A DNA stretch of 64,000 nt from Eledone cirrhosa (lineage: Eukaryota). Below the pieces are notes generated by a model that saw only the letters and a list, made by a program, of their open reading frames with translations, was not told the origin of the DNA and made no database searches. Positions 62,821-64,000 of this stretch are shown here, piece by piece. The position numbers and the translations under genes were made by a program. The stretch's first letter is position 1; each line of letters starts with the position of its first letter. The DNA is taken from positions 47,120,001 to 47,184,000 of the forward strand of contig OZ024744.1 of the NCBI GenBank assembly GCA_964016885.1, read 5' to 3'.

Positions 62821-64000
62821 GGTGATTTTTGCTGTGTCTTTCACATGTCCACTTTACAGTGTGGGCTGGGTGCTTTTCGCTGTGTCTTTCACATGTCCAC
62901 TTTACAGTGTGGGCTGGGTGCTTTTTGCTGTGTCTTTCACATGTCCACTTTACAGTGTGGGGTGGGTGCTTTTTGCAGTGTCTTTCACACGTCCACTTTA
63001 CAGTGTGGGCTGGGTGCTTTTTGCTGTGTCTTTCACATGTCCACTTTACAGTGTGGGCTGGGTGCTTTTTGCTGTGTCTTTCACATGTCCACTTCACAGT
63101 GTGGGCTGGGTACTTTTTGCTCTGTCTTTCACACGTCCACTTTACAGTTTGGGCTGGGTGCTTTTTGCTGTGTCTTTCACATGTCCACTTTACAGTGTGG
63201 GCTGGGTGCTTTTTGCCGTGTCATTCACATGTCCACTTTACAGTGTGGGCTGGGTGCTTTTTGCTGTGTCTTTCACATGTCCACTTTATAGTGTGGGCTG
63301 GGTGCTTTTTGCTGTGTCTTTCACATGTCCACTTTACAATGTGGGCTGGGTGCTTTTTGCTGTGTCTTTCACATGTCCACTCTATAGTGTGGGCTGGGTG
63401 CTTTTTGCAGTGTCTTTCACACGTCCACTTTACAGTGTGGGCTGGGTGCTTTTTGCTGTGTCTTTCACATGTCCACTTTACAATGTGGACTGGGTGCTTT
63501 TTGCTGTGTCTTTCACATGTCCACTTTACAGTGTGGGGTGTGTGCTTCTTGCAGTGTCTTTCACACGTCCACTTTACAGTGTGGGCTGGGTGCTTTTTGC
63601 TGTGTCTTTCACATGTCCACTTTACAGTGTGGGCTGGGTGCTTTTTGCTGTGTCTTTCACATGTCCACTTTACAGTGTGGGCTGGGTGCTTTTTGCTGTG
63701 TCTTTCACATGTCCACTTTACAGTGTGGGCTGGGTGCTTTTTTCAGTGTCTTTCACATGTCCACTTTACAGTGTGGGCTGGGTGCTTTTTGCTGTGTCTT
63801 TCACATGTCCACTTTACAATGTGGGCTGGGTGCTTTTTGCTGTGTCTTTCACATGTCCACTTTACAGTGTGGGCTGGGTGCTTTTTGCTGTGTCTTTCAC
63901 ATGTCCACTTCACAGTGTGGGCTGGGTGCTTTTTGCTGTGTCTTTCACATGTCCACTTTACAGTGTGGGCTGGGTGCTTTTTGCTGTGTCTTTCACATGT

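Larger units (their letters stand above)
1..64000. repeat. 48-bp tandem satellite DNA array (about 1,330 monomers, single orientation, runs off both window ends)
   Basis: The consensus GCTTTTTGCTGTGTCTTTCACATGTCCACTTTACAGTGTGGGCTGGGT recurs every 48 bp from base 1 to base 64000. All six-frame translations are 16-aa periodic (VWAGCFLLCLSHVHFT, SVGWVLFAVSFTCPLY, QCGLGAFCCVFHMSTL, KWTCERHSKKHPAHTV). No non-repeat interval was seen. Confidence 0.99.

Noticed and set aside
116-63097. C2H2 zinc-finger array (Cys/His-rich translations; TTCACATGTCCA...CAGTGTGGG resembles FTCP-QCG codons)
   Set aside because: The period is 16 aa rather than 28 aa, there is no C-x2-C-x12-H-x3-H pattern or TGEKP linker, and FTCP and QCG lie in different frames.
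150-63291. Very long ORFs (up to 1671 aa) as real membrane, Cys-rich or repeat proteins
   Set aside because: All three + frames are open simultaneously, ORFs switch peptide frame at 1-bp indels, and there are no unique N- or C-terminal domains. The stop-free 48-bp monomer explains them fully.
1-64000. CRISPR array
   Set aside because: There are no unique spacers, since the entire 48-bp period is conserved, and there are no cas genes or leader sequence.
1-64000. Immunoglobulin class-switch region (GGGCT/GAGCT pentamers; period close to the 49-bp S-gamma unit)
   Set aside because: There is only one GGGCT per monomer, AGCT appears only in rare variants, the strand is T-rich rather than G-rich, and the array is far longer than known switch regions with no constant-region exons.
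1-64000. G-quadruplex array from GGG-CT-GGG
   Set aside because: Each monomer has only two G3 runs, so a four-run structure would need a loop of about 40 nt; it is not a canonical G4 motif.
1-64000. Assignment to a named satellite family (e.g. the primate 48-bp CER/D22Z3 satellite) or to a telomeric repeat
   Set aside because: A shared period is not evidence of homology and I cannot confirm sequence identity without a Dfam/Repbase search. No TTAGGG-type tandem tract is present.

Overview
The whole 64 kb window is one uninterrupted head-to-tail tandem satellite array of about 1,330 copies of a 48-bp monomer. The + strand consensus is GCTTTTTGCTGTGTCTTTCACATGTCCACTTTACAGTGTGGGCTGGGT (20 T, 13 G, 10 C, 5 A; about 48% GC). 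I saw no unique sequence, inversion, inserted element, RNA gene or credible protein-coding gene. The long ORFs are by-products of a monomer that is divisible by 3 and has no stop codon in any + frame. Monomers usually differ from consensus by 0-5 substitutions and rare 1-2 bp indels. These variants act as barcodes that reveal nested duplications (7-, 13-, 23-, 27-, 41-, 56-, 60-, 61-, 68/80- and 75-monomer offsets) and one block of about 19 kb repeated 22-26 kb downstream. This fits a eukaryotic heterochromatic (pericentromeric, centromeric or subtelomeric) satellite, but the species cannot be assigned from the sequence. The most unusual observations are: (i) 40 of the 48 bp are laid out like a V(D)J 23-type recombination signal sequence; (ii) recurrent variants perfect an internal quasi-palindrome; (iii) a complete CpG-decay series at one site. 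All functional readings are inference, and I found no demonstrated new system. Block boundaries are approximate, to within a few monomers.
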